A stretch of 64,000 nt of DNA, taken from the NCBI RefSeq assembly GCF_046105845.1, contig NZ_CP151004.1. One strand, given 5' to 3'. The first letter of the stretch is position 1, and each line of letters begins with the position of its first letter. Positions 1-10,274 of this stretch are shown here, one piece after another. The notes below the pieces were generated by a model, which saw only the letters and a list, made by a program, of their open reading frames with translations, was not told where the DNA came from and did no database searches. The DNA is from Escherichia coli (GTDB taxonomy: Bacteria; Pseudomonadota; Gammaproteobacteria; Enterobacterales; Enterobacteriaceae). The translations under genes and the position numbers were made by a program.

Positions 1-398
1 ATATCCCTGAAAGCAGCATTCTTGCCGTTTCTTCGTTTTACCGCACCCCACCGCTGGGGCCGCAAGATCAACCCGATTACTTAAACGCAGCCGTGGCGCT
101 GGAAACCTCTCTTGCACCTGAAGAGCTACTCAATCACACACAGCGTATCGAATTGCAGCAAGGTCGCGTCCGTAAAGCGGAACGCTGGGGACCGCGTACG
201 CTGGATCTCGACATCATGCTATTTGGTAATGAAGTAATAAATACCGAACGCCTGACCGTTCCGCACTACGATATGAAGAATCGTGGATTTATGCTGTGGC
301 CGCTGTTTGAAATCGCGCCGGAGTTGGTGTTTCCTGATGGGGAGACGTTGCGTCAAATCTTACATACAAGAGCATTTGACAAATTAAACAAATGGTAA
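1..398 (+). CDS. folK: HPPK (2-amino-4-hydroxy-6-hydroxymethyldihydropteridine pyrophosphokinase), 5'-truncated at window edge
   Basis: Frame open from position 3 to stop at 396-398; translation ...SSFYRTPPLGPQDQPDYLNAAVALETSLAPEELLNHTQRIELQQGRVRKAERWGPRTLDLDIML... recognised as HPPK C-terminal part. The listed ORF 93..398 starts at an internal GTG. Confidence 0.93.
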   Translation, partial: IPESSILAVSSFYRTPPLGPQDQPDYLNAAVALETSLAPEELLNHTQRIELQQGRVRKAERWGPRTLDLDIMLFGNEVINTERLTVPHYDMKNRGFMLWPLFEIAPELVFPDGETLRQILHTRAFDKLNKW

Positions 399-562
399 TT
401 TATTTATATTGCGAATATAAATATTATCTGAAAATCACACCACCTCTCTTTCCTTAATAACGATTTTACTTTAAACATTTTTATAGAAACATAATATAAA
501 TTCCCGCAGATAAATATCAATCCCATCTCCATACCCTAACCAATTGCACTTGTGAACTTATT

Positions 563-587
563 TTTACTTAATTTTGAATTAAGTAAA
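563..587 (+). promoter_or_regulatory. 11-bp inverted repeat (TTTACTTAATT-ttg-AATTAAGTAAA) in the AT-rich region upstream of the yad fimbrial operon
   Basis: Dyad read directly from sequence, about 180 bp upstream of the yadN start; binding factor unknown. Confidence 0.3.
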
Positions 588-767
588 TTTAATTTGTTCA
601 AAAGCTTCTAAAGTGCACAATAGGCGACCTAATGAACAATGGTTGTAAATTTGGGTAACAAATATCATTGCTCATTAATATCTAACATTTGTTTCTCCTA
701 TTTGTGTCATGAATAGTCATTCTTCAAACATGTAGTCTGACTAATGGAATTTTATTCAAGGATTTTT

Positions 768-1352
768 ATGTCTAAAAAATTAGGTTTTGCCCTGTCTGGT
801 CTTATGCTGGCAATGGTTGCAGGTACTGCTTCTGCTGATATGGACGGTGGTCAGTTAAATATCAGTGGCCTGGTTGTTGATAACACCTGTGAAACCCGCG
901 TTGACGGCGGTAACAAAGATGGCCTGATCCTGCTGCAAACCGCAACCGTTGGTGAAATCGATGCAGGCGTACTCGAAACTACCGTTGGTGCCAAGGCTAA
1001 ACCTTTCAGCATCACCGTTGATTGCAGCAAAGCAAACCCTGCACCGGGCAGCTCTGCCAAAATGACCTTCGGTTCCGTGTTCTTTGGTAACAGCAAAGGT
1101 ACGCTGAACAACGATATGTCTATCAATAACCCATCTGACGGTGTGAATATTGCTCTGCACAACATTGACGGTTCCACTGTTAAGCAGGTAAAAATTAATA
1201 ATCCTGGCGATGTTTACACTAAAGCACTGGACGCGACCACTAAATCTGTAACCTATGATTTTAAAGCATCCTATGTTCGTGCTGTAAATGACCAGACGGC
1301 AACTGCTGGTTATGTAAAAACCAATACCGCATATACCGTTACTTATCAGTAA
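768..1352 (+). CDS. yadN: Fimbrial major subunit-like protein
   Basis: ORF 744..1352; internal ATG at 768 gives signal peptide [23 protein letters not shown]; pilin-like length, Cys pair and C-terminal beta-strand (TVTYQ). Confidence 0.85.
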   Translation: MSKKLGFALSGLMLAMVAGTASADMDGGQLNISGLVVDNTCETRVDGGNKDGLILLQTATVGEIDAGVLETTVGAKAKPFSITVDCSKANPAPGSSAKMTFGSVFFGNSKGTLNNDMSINNPSDGVNIALHNIDGSTVKQVKINNPGDVYTKALDATTKSVTYDFKASYVRAVNDQTATAGYVKTNTAYTVTYQ

Positions 1353-1386
1353 TATTTCACCGAATTAATTGATTTAGTGAATATAT

Positions 1387-1428
1387 AGGGAATAACATTG
1401 CCTGTAATTATGACAATGATTATTCCCT
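1387..1428 (+). terminator. Intergenic hairpin after the major pilin gene (AGGGAATAA...TTATTCCCT), possible partial terminator
   Basis: 9-bp inverted repeat with a ~24-nt loop between yadN and the chaperone gene; no clean T-run. Confidence 0.3.
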
Positions 1429-1457
1429 GTTCTAAATAATTCGATCAGGGATGGTTT

Positions 1458-2198
1458 ATGTTTTTTAATACAAAACATACTGTAGCATTATGCTTTGCAA
1501 CCTGTTTAGCTTTTAGCTCTTCAGCTATTGCAGATATCGTCATTTCAGGTACACGCGTTATTTACACAAGCGATCAAAAAAGTGTCAATGTACGTCTGGA
1601 AAATAAAGGCAATAACCCATTGCTGGTCCAGAGTTGGTTAGATACCGGAGATGATAACGCCGAACCTGGCAGTATCAATGTCCCATTTACGGCGACTCCC
1701 CCTGTTTCACGTATTGACGGCAAACGCGGTCAAACAATCAAGCTGATGTATACCGGCAGTTCTGCTTTACCCAAAGATCGGGAAAGTGTGTTTTGGTTCA
1801 ATGTCCTCGAAGTTCCACCAAAACCCGACGCGGAAAAAATGGCTAACCAAAGCATGTTGCAACTGGCCTTCCGTACTCGCATCAAACTGTTTTATCGTCC
1901 GGAAGGACTCACCGGAATACCGTCCGATGCTCCGGCTGCACTGAAGTGGTCGTGGACAACATCCGGCGGCAAAGTGGCGCTTCGTGTCGTTAATCCTACC
2001 CCCTTCTACGTCTCTTTCAGCAGTGGTGACGTTGTCGCCAGCGGAAAGCGTTATCCGTTAGACGTCAAAATGATCGCGCCACGCAGTGAAGATGCCATCA
2101 CAGTTAATGGGATCAGTAGCAAAGTGAGTTCTGCACAAGTTCACTTCTTTGCCATTAATGATTTTGGCGGCGCAATTGAAGGCAATGCCACTCTGTAA
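1458..2198 (+). CDS. yadV: Periplasmic PapD-like pilus chaperone
   Basis: 246-aa ORF with signal peptide and chaperone-type sequence (…FWFNVLEVPP…); position between pilin and usher genes. Confidence 0.9.
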   Translation: MFFNTKHTVALCFATCLAFSSSAIADIVISGTRVIYTSDQKSVNVRLENKGNNPLLVQSWLDTGDDNAEPGSINVPFTATPPVSRIDGKRGQTIKLMYTGSSALPKDRESVFWFNVLEVPPKPDAEKMANQSMLQLAFRTRIKLFYRPEGLTGIPSDAPAALKWSWTTSGGKVALRVVNPTPFYVSFSSGDVVASGKRYPLDVKMIAPRSEDAITVNGISSKVSSAQVHFFAINDFGGAIEGNATL

Positions 2199-2232
2199 AG
2201 TCTTCAGGATCACACGCAGCAGGAAGCAAAAC

Positions 2233-4833
2233 GTGAACAAAAAAACAACTACAAATTATCACTATCCCCTTACACATATCGCCACGTTTTGCGCACTGCT
2301 TTACAGCAGTAGTGCTTTAAGCGCCGAGCACGTTGAGTATGACAATACCTTCCTGATGGGTCGTGATGCTTCAAATATTGATCTTAGTCGCTATAGCGAG
2401 GGTAACCCAACATTACCAGGCCTTTACGACGTCAGCGTTTATATCAACGACCAGCCCGTCACCAACCAGAGCATTGCCTTTGTTACGGTTGAGGGTAAGA
2501 AAAACGCTCAGGCTTGTCTCACCCTGAAGAACTTATTGCAGTTTCATATCAATCAACCCGATATCAATGTTGCTAATGCCGTGCTGCTTGCAAGGGACAA
2601 CGAACTCGGGGATTGCCTCAACCTGGCGGAACTCATCCCCCAGACGTCGATTCGTTATGATGTCAACGATCAGCGCCTGGACATCTATGTTCCCCAGGCA
2701 TGGGTAATGAAAAATTACCAAAACTATGTTGATCCTTCCTTGTGGGAAAACGGTATCAACGCTGCAATGTTGTCTTACAACGTCAACGCATATCACAGTG
2801 AAAGCCCCGACAGGAAAAATGACAGTGTTTATGCTGCTTTTAATGGCGGTATGAATTTAGGAGCATGGCGGTTACGCGCTACCGGTAACTACAGTTGGAG
2901 GAATGATTCAGACAGTAACTATGACTTTCAGAATCGCTACCTCCAGCGCGATCTCGCATCCTTACGCTCGCAGTTAATTGTCGGTGAGTCATATACCACG
3001 GGTGAAACCTTCGATTCAGTCAGCATTCGGGGAGTTCGCTTATATAGCGACAGTCGCATGTTACCCCCTGCGTTAGCCAGTTTTGCGCCAATTATTCATG
3101 GTGTTGCGAACACTAACGCCAAGGTCACTATTACCCAGGGCAGTTATAAGATCTATGAAACCACCGTACCGCCAGGTGCGTTTGTCATCGATGATCTTAG
3201 CCCATCGGGTTACGGCAGCGATCTTATCGTCACTATTGAAGAAGCGGATGGTTCAAAGCGTACTTTCTCACAACCATTTTCATCAGTTGTACAGATGTTA
3301 CGGCCAGGCGTCGGGCGCTGGGATATCAGCGGTGGTCAGATCATAAAAGACGATATTCAAGACGAGCCCAATCTTTTTCAGGCCAGTTATTACTACGGTT
3401 TAAACAACTATCTGACCGGTTATACCGGGATCCAACTTACTGACAATCATTACACTGCCGGATTACTGGGTCTGGGCCTGAATACCTCTTTAGGTGCTTT
3501 TTCATTCGATATCACCCATTCAAATGTCAGCATTCCGGATGATAAAACCTATCAGGGGCAAAGCTATCGCCTCTCCTGGAACAAATTATTCGAAAATACC
3601 AATACATCGCTAAATATCGCGGCTTATCGCTATTCAACGCAGAATTACCTTGGCCTTAACGACGCACTGACTTTAATCGACGAAGTAAAACATCCGGAAC
3701 AGGACCTCGAACCGCAAACCATGCGTAACTACTCTCGCATGAAAAATCAGGTGACGGTCAGCATTAGCCAACCGCTGAAATTTGAGAAACAGGATTACGG
3801 TTCATTCTATCTCACCGGGGATTGGTCAGATTACTGGGCTTCCGGGCAAAATCGCAGCAATTACTCTATTGGTTACAGTAATAGCGCTTCCTGGGGGAGT
3901 TACAGCATCAGTGCACAACGTTCATGGAATGAGGATGGTGAAACGGATGATAGCATCTACCTTAGTTTCACCATTCCAATTGAAAAATTATTAGGCACAA
4001 GCCATCGCGATTCCGGTTTTCAGAGTATTGATACTCAGTTAAATAGTGATTTTAAAGGCAATAATCAGCTCAACATCAGCAGCAGTGGCTTTAGCGACGC
4101 AAATCGCGTCAGTTACAGCGTAAACACCGGCTATACAATGATGAAAGCCAGTGACGATTTAAGTTACATCGGTGGTTATGCCAGTTACGAATCGCCCTGG
4201 GGAACGCTTGCAGGTTCCGTTTCCGCAAGTAGCGATAACAGTCGTCAATTCTCGCTTAATACTGACGGTGGATTCGTGCTGCACAGCGGCGGCCTGACAT
4301 TCAGTAACGATAGCTTTAGCGACTCCGACACACTTGCCGTTGTACAAGCCCCTGGAGCAAAAGGTGCGCGCATTAACTATGGCAACAGTACAGTAGACCG
4401 CTGGGGATACGGCGTGACCAGTGCCCTCTCGCCATATCATGAAAACCGTATCGCTCTGGACATTAGCGGAATCGAAAATGATGTAGAAATGAAATCTACC
4501 AGTGCAATTGCCGTCCCTCGTCAGGGCTCTGTTGTCTTCGCCGATTTTGAAACCGTCCAGGGACAATCGGCAATCATGAATATTAAACGTACTGACGGTA
4601 AAAATATTCCATTCGCGGCGGATATCTTTGATGAACAAAATAACATGATTGGTAACGTCGGCCAGGGCGGACAAGCTTTTGTTCGAGGCATCGAACAGCA
4701 AGGTAATATCCGCATCAACTGGGTTGAAGAGGGTAAACCTGTCGCATGTATTGCCCATTATAAGCAAACAGCGGATCAACAAAAATTAACACAAACTATT
4801 ATTCTGAATGGAATTAGTTGTCAGATACAGTAA
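2233..4833 (+). CDS. htrE: Outer membrane fimbrial usher
   Basis: 894-aa ORF (2149..4833) overlaps the chaperone 3' end; GTG at 2233 preceded by AGGAAG is the more likely start (~866 aa); usher-like size and sequence. Confidence 0.88.
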   Translation: MNKKTTTNYHYPLTHIATFCALLYSSSALSAEHVEYDNTFLMGRDASNIDLSRYSEGNPTLPGLYDVSVYINDQPVTNQSIAFVTVEGKKNAQACLTLKNLLQFHINQPDINVANAVLLARDNELGDCLNLAELIPQTSIRYDVNDQRLDIYVPQAWVMKNYQNYVDPSLWENGINAAMLSYNVNAYHSESPDRKNDSVYAAFNGGMNLGAWRLRATGNYSWRNDSDSNYDFQNRYLQRDLASLRSQLIVGESYTTGETFDSVSIRGVRLYSDSRMLPPALASFAPIIHGVANTNAKVTITQGSYKIYETTVPPGAFVIDDLSPSGYGSDLIVTIEEADGSKRTFSQPFSSVVQMLRPGVGRWDISGGQIIKDDIQDEPNLFQASYYYGLNNYLTGYTGIQLTDNHYTAGLLGLGLNTSLGAFSFDITHSNVSIPDDKTYQGQSYRLSWNKLFENTNTSLNIAAYRYSTQNYLGLNDALTLIDEVKHPEQDLEPQTMRNYSRMKNQVTVSISQPLKFEKQDYGSFYLTGDWSDYWASGQNRSNYSIGYSNSASWGSYSISAQRSWNEDGETDDSIYLSFTIPIEKLLGTSHRDSGFQSIDTQLNSDFKGNNQLNISSSGFSDANRVSYSVNTGYTMMKASDDLSYIGGYASYESPWGTLAGSVSASSDNSRQFSLNTDGGFVLHSGGLTFSNDSFSDSDTLAVVQAPGAKGARINYGNSTVDRWGYGVTSALSPYHENRIALDISGIENDVEMKSTSAIAVPRQGSVVFADFETVQGQSAIMNIKRTDGKNIPFAADIFDEQNNMIGNVGQGGQAFVRGIEQQGNIRINWVEEGKPVACIAHYKQTADQQKLTQTIILNGISCQIQ

Positions 4834-4849
4834 CAACAAGGAATCTCAC

Positions 4850-5416
4850 ATGATAAAAATAGCACCCTATAAATTGGCGATACTGACGGGAATAATGTTA
4901 TCTCCTTGTGTATTAGCTACGGATATTAATGTCGAATTTACGGCAACCGTAAAAGCAACGACATGTAATATTAAGATAACCGGTAATAATGTCACCGAAG
5001 ACGGAAATGACAGTTATACGTTAACATTACCCAATATGGGTCTGGATCAAATAGTAAATAAAACCACCAGGGCCCAGGCTGACTTTACGATGGTAGCCAG
5101 TGGTTGCAGTGCAGGTATCAGCCATATTGATACTACATTGTCAGGTAATGGGTCCCGAACCTTTGATAGACTTGTTATACCGCTGTCTTCAGACACCACA
5201 TCAACCACCAGTTATATCGGTATGGGGTTCAAAAAACGTAATGCTGGTGATGAAACATTTTTAAAACCAAACAGCGCAGAAAAAATACGCTGGAGTGCAA
5301 CAGAAATTAGTACCACAGGTCTGGAAATGACCGTGGCACTACGTGAAACGAGCGCAGGTGAGGGGATACCCGGAGACTTTCGTGCTCAGGCAATTTTCAA
5401 TTTCACCTATGAATAA
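4850..5416 (+). CDS. yadM: Fimbrial minor subunit-like protein
   Basis: ORF 4808..5416; ATG at 4850 preceded by AAGGAA gives signal peptide MIKIAPYKLAILTGIMLSPCVLA; pilin-like. Confidence 0.8.
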   Translation: MIKIAPYKLAILTGIMLSPCVLATDINVEFTATVKATTCNIKITGNNVTEDGNDSYTLTLPNMGLDQIVNKTTRAQADFTMVASGCSAGISHIDTTLSGNGSRTFDRLVIPLSSDTTSTTSYIGMGFKKRNAGDETFLKPNSAEKIRWSATEISTTGLEMTVALRETSAGEGIPGDFRAQAIFNFTYE

Positions 5417-5421
5417 CAAGG

Positions 5422-6036
5422 ATGACAATGATGAAATTTAAACCTTCACGTTTTGGATTATCGACTGCAACTATTCTGGCGGCATCAGTGCTCACTTTTT
5501 CGTCATTTGCTGCGACTGATAGCGTTAAATTAAATGTAAAAACCACGGTAGAAATGGGAACCTGTACAGCCAGTCTGGTTGATGATAATGATCAAACCAT
5601 TTCTGTCGTTGCTTTTGGCGATGTTTATATTTCTGAAATCAATGCAAAAACAAAAATCAAAACCTTTAAATTACAGTTTAAAGACTGCGCGGGGATACCT
5701 GGCAAAAAAGCTAAGATTAAACTGACAAAACGTGCCACCTGTGAAGGAGCAAGTAACGACGGTCCCGGTTTTGCTAATGGCTCCACGGCTAGCGATAAAG
5801 CAAGTGCTGTTGCGGTTGAAGTGTGGAATACGAGCACTCCAGCAGTTGGTAGTGCCACACAATTCAGTTGCGTTACCCCAGCCGATCAGGAAGTGTCTAT
5901 TGCCACAGCCACGGGGAATACAGTTGTAGATTATCCGATGAGTGCGCGCCTGGTCGTGGATAAGAGTAAAACCGTAAGCGATGTTACAGCGGGCACATTT
6001 TCAGCACCAGCAACTTTCTCTGTGACATACAACTAA
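5422..6036 (+). CDS. yadL: Fimbrial minor subunit-like protein
   Basis: 204-aa ORF with signal peptide, pilin-like; start may be the internal ATG at 5431. Confidence 0.8.
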   Translation: MTMMKFKPSRFGLSTATILAASVLTFSSFAATDSVKLNVKTTVEMGTCTASLVDDNDQTISVVAFGDVYISEINAKTKIKTFKLQFKDCAGIPGKKAKIKLTKRATCEGASNDGPGFANGSTASDKASAVAVEVWNTSTPAVGSATQFSCVTPADQEVSIATATGNTVVDYPMSARLVVDKSKTVSDVTAGTFSAPATFSVTYN

Positions 6037-6062
6037 CGGCACGTCGAATTCAGGAACTGATT

Positions 6063-6659
6063 ATGCTTTCCTCTAAACGTAAAATTAAGAAAAAAACAGG
6101 TCTGTTCCTGGCATTCATATTCACTACTTCCTTTTCGGCCTTCGCCGGGCAGGATATTAATTTAACTGCGAATGTAAAAAACAGCACTTGCCAGAGCGGT
6201 ATCAGTAATCAGGGAAATATAGATCTGGGTGTGGTTGGCGTGGGCTATTTTGCTGGTAATATTCCTCCCGAGAGTTATCAGACTGGTGGTAAAGAGTTCA
6301 CCATATCGGTGAAAGACTGTGCATTTCAGGGAACAGGAAATGTCTTAAATCAACTACACATAGACTTTAGGGCACAAAGTGGTGCAATGGCTAATGGTTC
6401 CCGACAAATATTTGCCAATGAAATTTCGTCAGGGGCGAGTAATGTAGGAGTGGTTATATTTTCTATCCAGGATTCGGCGAATATATTCAATGTTCTTAAT
6501 GCTTCAGGCGGTTCTCGCTCCGTTTATCCAGTAATGTCGGATGACATGAATGGTTCGTCCTGGAAATTTAGCACCCGAATGCAAAAAATTGATCCTGCAT
6601 TGAGTGTTACATCTGGTCAACTTATGAGCCATGTGTTAGTTGATATTTACTACGAATAA
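6063..6659 (+). CDS. yadK: Fimbrial minor subunit-like protein
   Basis: 198-aa ORF with signal peptide; pilin-like. Confidence 0.8.
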   Translation: MLSSKRKIKKKTGLFLAFIFTTSFSAFAGQDINLTANVKNSTCQSGISNQGNIDLGVVGVGYFAGNIPPESYQTGGKEFTISVKDCAFQGTGNVLNQLHIDFRAQSGAMANGSRQIFANEISSGASNVGVVIFSIQDSANIFNVLNASGGSRSVYPVMSDDMNGSSWKFSTRMQKIDPALSVTSGQLMSHVLVDIYYE

Positions 6660-6708
6660 CGAACAAAAATAACACCAACTCTAACAAAAACTCAATACTG
6701 GAGTAAAA

Positions 6709-7944
6709 ATGAAGACACTCTTCAGATACTTTCTTTTTTTAGCACTGTATTCTTGTTGTTATACAGTTAGTGCATATACAAGTTTTATTGTGGGAAATAA
6801 TGCAGGAGTTGATAATTATAAAGGACCTTCCACTGCTGCACGGGTAACCTTTAATTACACATCAACAGCAAGCAACCTGGTTTTTTATAAACCCACGCAA
6901 CTCGGCCCGACAGGGGTAAAAATGTACTGGTCATACCTGGACACGGGTCCGAGTGGTATTCTTTACTGTAATACATCTGGCAGAGCAAATCCTGGGCCAA
7001 TAACCATTGAAAATGCCATGGTTTATTCAGGTAAAGATTATGGTGGACATAAACTCTTTAAGACATCTGTTCCTGGTCTGTATTACACCATGTTAATATC
7101 AAGGGTCTGGTCTGCATACAATACAACAACTGATATTCAATCACCAGGAATCTATATCGGAGACACTTCAACCCAACAATTTCACTTCTCCATAACAGAC
7201 AACGATCTACAAACCAAGGGTTGCAACAAAGCAAACAGCTACGATAAGTTTTGGGCTATTGGTGGTGTTGTACACGACATAACTGTTGAATTTTATACAG
7301 ATGCTAGTTTCGATCCTACACTTAATCAGCAAGTCCAGTTATCCAGTTCATCCGATTACCTTTATGCGTTTAAGGCCTACAGTCCAGGTACCAGAGTCGT
7401 AGATCATAGCCATCACCTTTATGTCAATTTCACACTGAATAATGTCAAATTAACCTTACCAACATGTTTTACCTCCATACTTACCGGATCATCAGTCAAT
7501 GGTTCAACGGTTAGAATGGGAGAGTATAGTTCCGGGACAATTAAAAATGGAGCGTCACCTGTTCCCTTTGATATCTCGCTTCAGAATTGTATTCGTGTGC
7601 GTAATATTGAAACAAAACTCGTCACTGGAAAAGTAGGTACTGAAAACACACAACTGCTTGGCAATACGCTTACCGGAAGTACTGCTGCTAAAGGCGTTGG
7701 CGTACTCATTGAAGGATTAGCAACCAGTAAAAATCCGCTAATGACATTAAAACCTAACGATGCAACCTCTATTTATAAAGATTATGAAACCGAAGATGAC
7801 ACATCCGATGGAGTATACCCTAATCAAGGTAGCGGCACATCACAGCCTCTTCACTTCCAGGCAACGTTAAAACAAGACGGAAATATCGCTATCGAATCCG
7901 GTGAATTCAAAGCCACCAGTACCTTCCAGGTAACCTATCCTTGA
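6709..7944 (+). CDS. yadC: Fimbrial tip adhesin-like protein (two-domain)
   Basis: 411-aa ORF with signal peptide; last gene of the chaperone-usher operon; C-terminal pilin-like strand (FQVTYP). Confidence 0.8.
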   Translation: MKTLFRYFLFLALYSCCYTVSAYTSFIVGNNAGVDNYKGPSTAARVTFNYTSTASNLVFYKPTQLGPTGVKMYWSYLDTGPSGILYCNTSGRANPGPITIENAMVYSGKDYGGHKLFKTSVPGLYYTMLISRVWSAYNTTTDIQSPGIYIGDTSTQQFHFSITDNDLQTKGCNKANSYDKFWAIGGVVHDITVEFYTDASFDPTLNQQVQLSSSSDYLYAFKAYSPGTRVVDHSHHLYVNFTLNNVKLTLPTCFTSILTGSSVNGSTVRMGEYSSGTIKNGASPVPFDISLQNCIRVRNIETKLVTGKVGTENTQLLGNTLTGSTAAKGVGVLIEGLATSKNPLMTLKPNDATSIYKDYETEDDTSDGVYPNQGSGTSQPLHFQATLKQDGNIAIESGEFKATSTFQVTYP

Positions 7945-7951
7945 TGACATT

Positions 7952-7980
7952 ACCGCATCGCCATCATCTGGCGGTGCGGT
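7952..7980 (+). terminator. Hairpin downstream of yadC (candidate operon terminator)
   Basis: ACCGCATCGCC-atcatct-GGCGGTGCGGT, 11-bp stem with one G-U pair, immediately after the yadC stop; weak T-tract. Confidence 0.4.
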
Positions 7981-8056
7981 AATTGATAAATCATTGCCCC
8001 CACCAATGTGACTGATAAAATGCCAGACAGCACGACATTACTTATCAGGATACGTT

Positions 8057-8851
8057 ATGAAACCAACCACTATTGCTTCATTGCAGAAATGCAAGCAGGA
8101 CAAAAAACGTTTCGCGACCATCACCGCTTACGACTATAGTTTCGCAAAACTGTTTGCCGATGAAGGGCTTAACGTGATGCTGGTCGGCGATTCACTGGGC
8201 ATGACGGTTCAGGGGCATGACTCCACCCTGCCAGTTACCGTTGCCGATATCGCCTACCACACTGCTGCCGTACGTCGCGGTGCGCCAAACTGCCTGCTGC
8301 TGGCTGATCTGCCGTTTATGGCGTATGCCACACCAGAACAAGCCTTTGAAAACGCCGCAACGGTTATGCGTGCTGGGGCCAACATGGTCAAAATTGAAGG
8401 CGGTGAGTGGCTGGTAGAAACCGTACAAATGCTGACCGAACGTGCCGTTCCTGTTTGTGGTCACTTAGGTTTAACCCCACAGTCAGTGAATATTTTCGGT
8501 GGCTACAAAGTCCAGGGGCGCGGCGATGAAGCGGCCGATCGACTGCTCAGCGATGCATTAGCATTAGAAGCGGCAGGCGCACAACTTCTGGTGCTGGAAT
8601 GCGTACCGGTTGAACTGGCAAAACGTATTACCGAAGCGCTGGCGATCCCGGTTATTGGTATTGGCGCAGGCAACGTTACCGATGGACAGATCCTCGTGAT
8701 GCACGATGCGTTCGGCATTACTGGCGGTCATATCCCTAAATTTGCCAAAAATTTCCTCGCTGAAACGGGCGACATCCGCGCGGCTGTGCGGCAGTATATG
8801 GCTGAAGTGGAGTCCGGCGTTTATCCGGGCGAAGAACACAGTTTCCATTAA
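8057..8851 (+). CDS. panB: 3-methyl-2-oxobutanoate hydroxymethyltransferase
   Basis: 264-aa ORF recognised as PanB ([33 protein letters not shown]...). Confidence 0.96.
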   Translation: MKPTTIASLQKCKQDKKRFATITAYDYSFAKLFADEGLNVMLVGDSLGMTVQGHDSTLPVTVADIAYHTAAVRRGAPNCLLLADLPFMAYATPEQAFENAATVMRAGANMVKIEGGEWLVETVQMLTERAVPVCGHLGLTPQSVNIFGGYKVQGRGDEAADRLLSDALALEAAGAQLLVLECVPVELAKRITEALAIPVIGIGAGNVTDGQILVMHDAFGITGGHIPKFAKNFLAETGDIRAAVRQYMAEVESGVYPGEEHSFH

Positions 8852-8862
8852 GGAGTCACGTT

Positions 8863-9714
8863 GTGTTAATTATCGAAACCCTGCCGCTGCTGCGTCAGCA
8901 AATTCGCCGCCTGCGTATGGAAGGTAAGCGCGTGGCGCTGGTGCCAACAATGGGTAATCTGCACGATGGCCATATGAAGCTGGTTGATGAAGCCAAAGCC
9001 CGCGCCGATGTGGTCGTCGTCAGTATTTTCGTTAACCCGATGCAGTTCGACCGCCCGGAAGATCTGGCACGTTATCCACGGACCTTGCAAGAGGACTGCG
9101 AAAAGCTGAACAAGCGCAAAGTGGATTTAGTTTTCGCCCCTTCGGTAAAAGAGATCTACCCGAACGGTACAGAAACCCACACCTATGTTGATGTTCCCGG
9201 TCTTTCTACCATGCTGGAAGGTGCCAGCCGTCCGGGACATTTTCGCGGCGTTTCGACTATCGTCAGCAAGCTGTTCAATCTGGTCCAGCCGGACATCGCC
9301 TGCTTCGGTGAAAAAGATTTTCAGCAACTGGCGCTGATCCGCAAAATGGTTGCTGATATGGGCTTTGATATTGAGATTGTCGGTGTGCCAATTATGCGTG
9401 CCAAAGACGGTCTGGCGCTGAGTTCCCGTAACAGTTATCTGACGGCGGAACAACGCAAAATTGCGCCCGGTCTGTACAAAGTTTTAAGTTCGATTGCCGA
9501 CAAATTGCAGGCTGGCGAACGGGATCTCGATGAAATTATTGCTATTGCCGGGCAAGAACTGAATGAAAAAGGCTTCCGCGCCGATGATATTCAGATTCGT
9601 GATGCCGACACATTGCTGGAAGTCTCTGAAAACAGCAAACGTGCAGTGATTCTGGTAGCCGCCTGGCTTGGCGATGCCCGCCTGATCGACAACAAAATAG
9701 TCGAACTGGCGTAA
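8863..9714 (+). CDS. panC: Pantothenate synthetase
   Basis: 283-aa ORF recognised as PanC (…[15 protein letters not shown]…); GTG/TTG-type start 12 nt after the panB stop. Confidence 0.96.
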   Translation: MLIIETLPLLRQQIRRLRMEGKRVALVPTMGNLHDGHMKLVDEAKARADVVVVSIFVNPMQFDRPEDLARYPRTLQEDCEKLNKRKVDLVFAPSVKEIYPNGTETHTYVDVPGLSTMLEGASRPGHFRGVSTIVSKLFNLVQPDIACFGEKDFQQLALIRKMVADMGFDIEIVGVPIMRAKDGLALSSRNSYLTAEQRKIAPGLYKVLSSIADKLQAGERDLDEIIAIAGQELNEKGFRADDIQIRDADTLLEVSENSKRAVILVAAWLGDARLIDNKIVELA

Positions 9715-9729
9715 TGCTTAACTGGCGCT

Positions 9730-9758
9730 ACGGCTGATGGCGCCAGTTATTCATTGCC
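9730..9758 (+). terminator. Hairpin after panC (AACTGGCGC-loop-GCGCCAGTT)
   Basis: Perfect 9-bp stem directly after the panC stop; T-tract weak. Confidence 0.45.
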
Positions 9759-9786
9759 ACGTTATCTGTAAGCGATTATTCATAAC

Positions 9787-9962
9787 GCAGACAACTTAGT
9801 TAGAGTTAATTAGCTTATCAACCTCTGTAAGAGGTAAAGTTGTCACCTCTGCAACGTCTTCCCGAGACATTCCTTTACTCAGAAGACGCTGGGCGAATTC
9901 CTGACTTACCTCCTGTCTAACCGCCAGCCTTCCCTTCTCTTCAAACCACTGCGCCAACGTCT
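9787..9962 (-). repeat. Diverged direct duplicate of the rpnC 3' end (partner copy about 10053..10268)
   Basis: Copy A and copy B align base-for-base over about 176 bp (e.g. TCTGCAACGTCTTCCCGAGACATTCCTTTACT, GGGCGAATTCCTGACTTAC, CTTCAAACCACTGCGCCA); copy A lacks the 12-bp repeat block present in copy B. Confidence 0.85.
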
Positions 9963-9993
9963 GCCTGGTTTCTCTCCGTGTCTTTATTTCCAT
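9796..9993 (-). pseudogene. Orphan ORF homologous to the C-terminal tail of RpnC (gene fragment or stand-alone RpnS-like small protein)
   Basis: 65-aa ORF MEIKTRRETRQTLAQWFEEKGRLAVRQEVSQEFAQRLLSKGMSREDVAEVTTLPLTEVDKLINSN, close to the last ~60 aa of the adjacent RpnC; own ATG with weak AGGG 6-7 nt upstream. Confidence 0.5.
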
Positions 9994-10061
9994 ATGTTCC
10001 CTTAATTATCTGGTCAGTTAACAATAACAATTATCTGGCTAAAACTGATAATGCAGATAAC

Positions 10062-10274
10062 TTAGTTAATCAGTTTATCAATCTCAGCAAGAGGTAAATT
10101 TGCCATCTCTGCAACGTCTTCCCGAGACATTCCTTTACTTAGAAGACGCAGGGCGAATTCCTGACTTACTTCCTGTCTTCCCTGCTGAATCCCCTTCTCA
10201 ATTCCTTTCTCCATTCCTTTCTCAATCCCCTTCTCAATCCCTTTCTCTTCAAACCACTGCGCCAGCGTCATCAT
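10062..10274 (-). CDS. Putative intragenic small protein (RpnS-like), in-frame C-terminal 70 aa of rpnC
   Basis: In-frame ATG-ATG at 10274/10271 preceded by GGGAGGAG (10280..10287 on + strand, reverse complement) with 7-nt spacing; matches the described Rpn intragenic small-protein arrangement. Confidence 0.45.
   Translation of the reverse strand: MMTLAQWFEEKGIEKGIEKGMEKGIEKGIQQGRQEVSQEFALRLLSKGMSREDVAEMANLPLAEIDKLIN

Noticed and set aside
744-767. Upstream ATG extending yadN by 8 codons (MEFYSRIF)
   Set aside because: The extension precedes a canonical signal peptide that starts at the internal ATG (768); the longer start was kept only as an alternative.
399-767. Possible fim-like invertible promoter switch upstream of yadN
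   Set aside because: I found no pair of flanking inverted repeats bounding a promoter segment and no recombinase gene nearby; only short local dyads.
2149-2232. N-terminal 28-codon extension of the usher ORF overlapping the chaperone gene
   Set aside because: No RBS, and it overlaps the upstream gene by 50 nt; the GTG at 2233 with AGGAAG upstream is more plausible.
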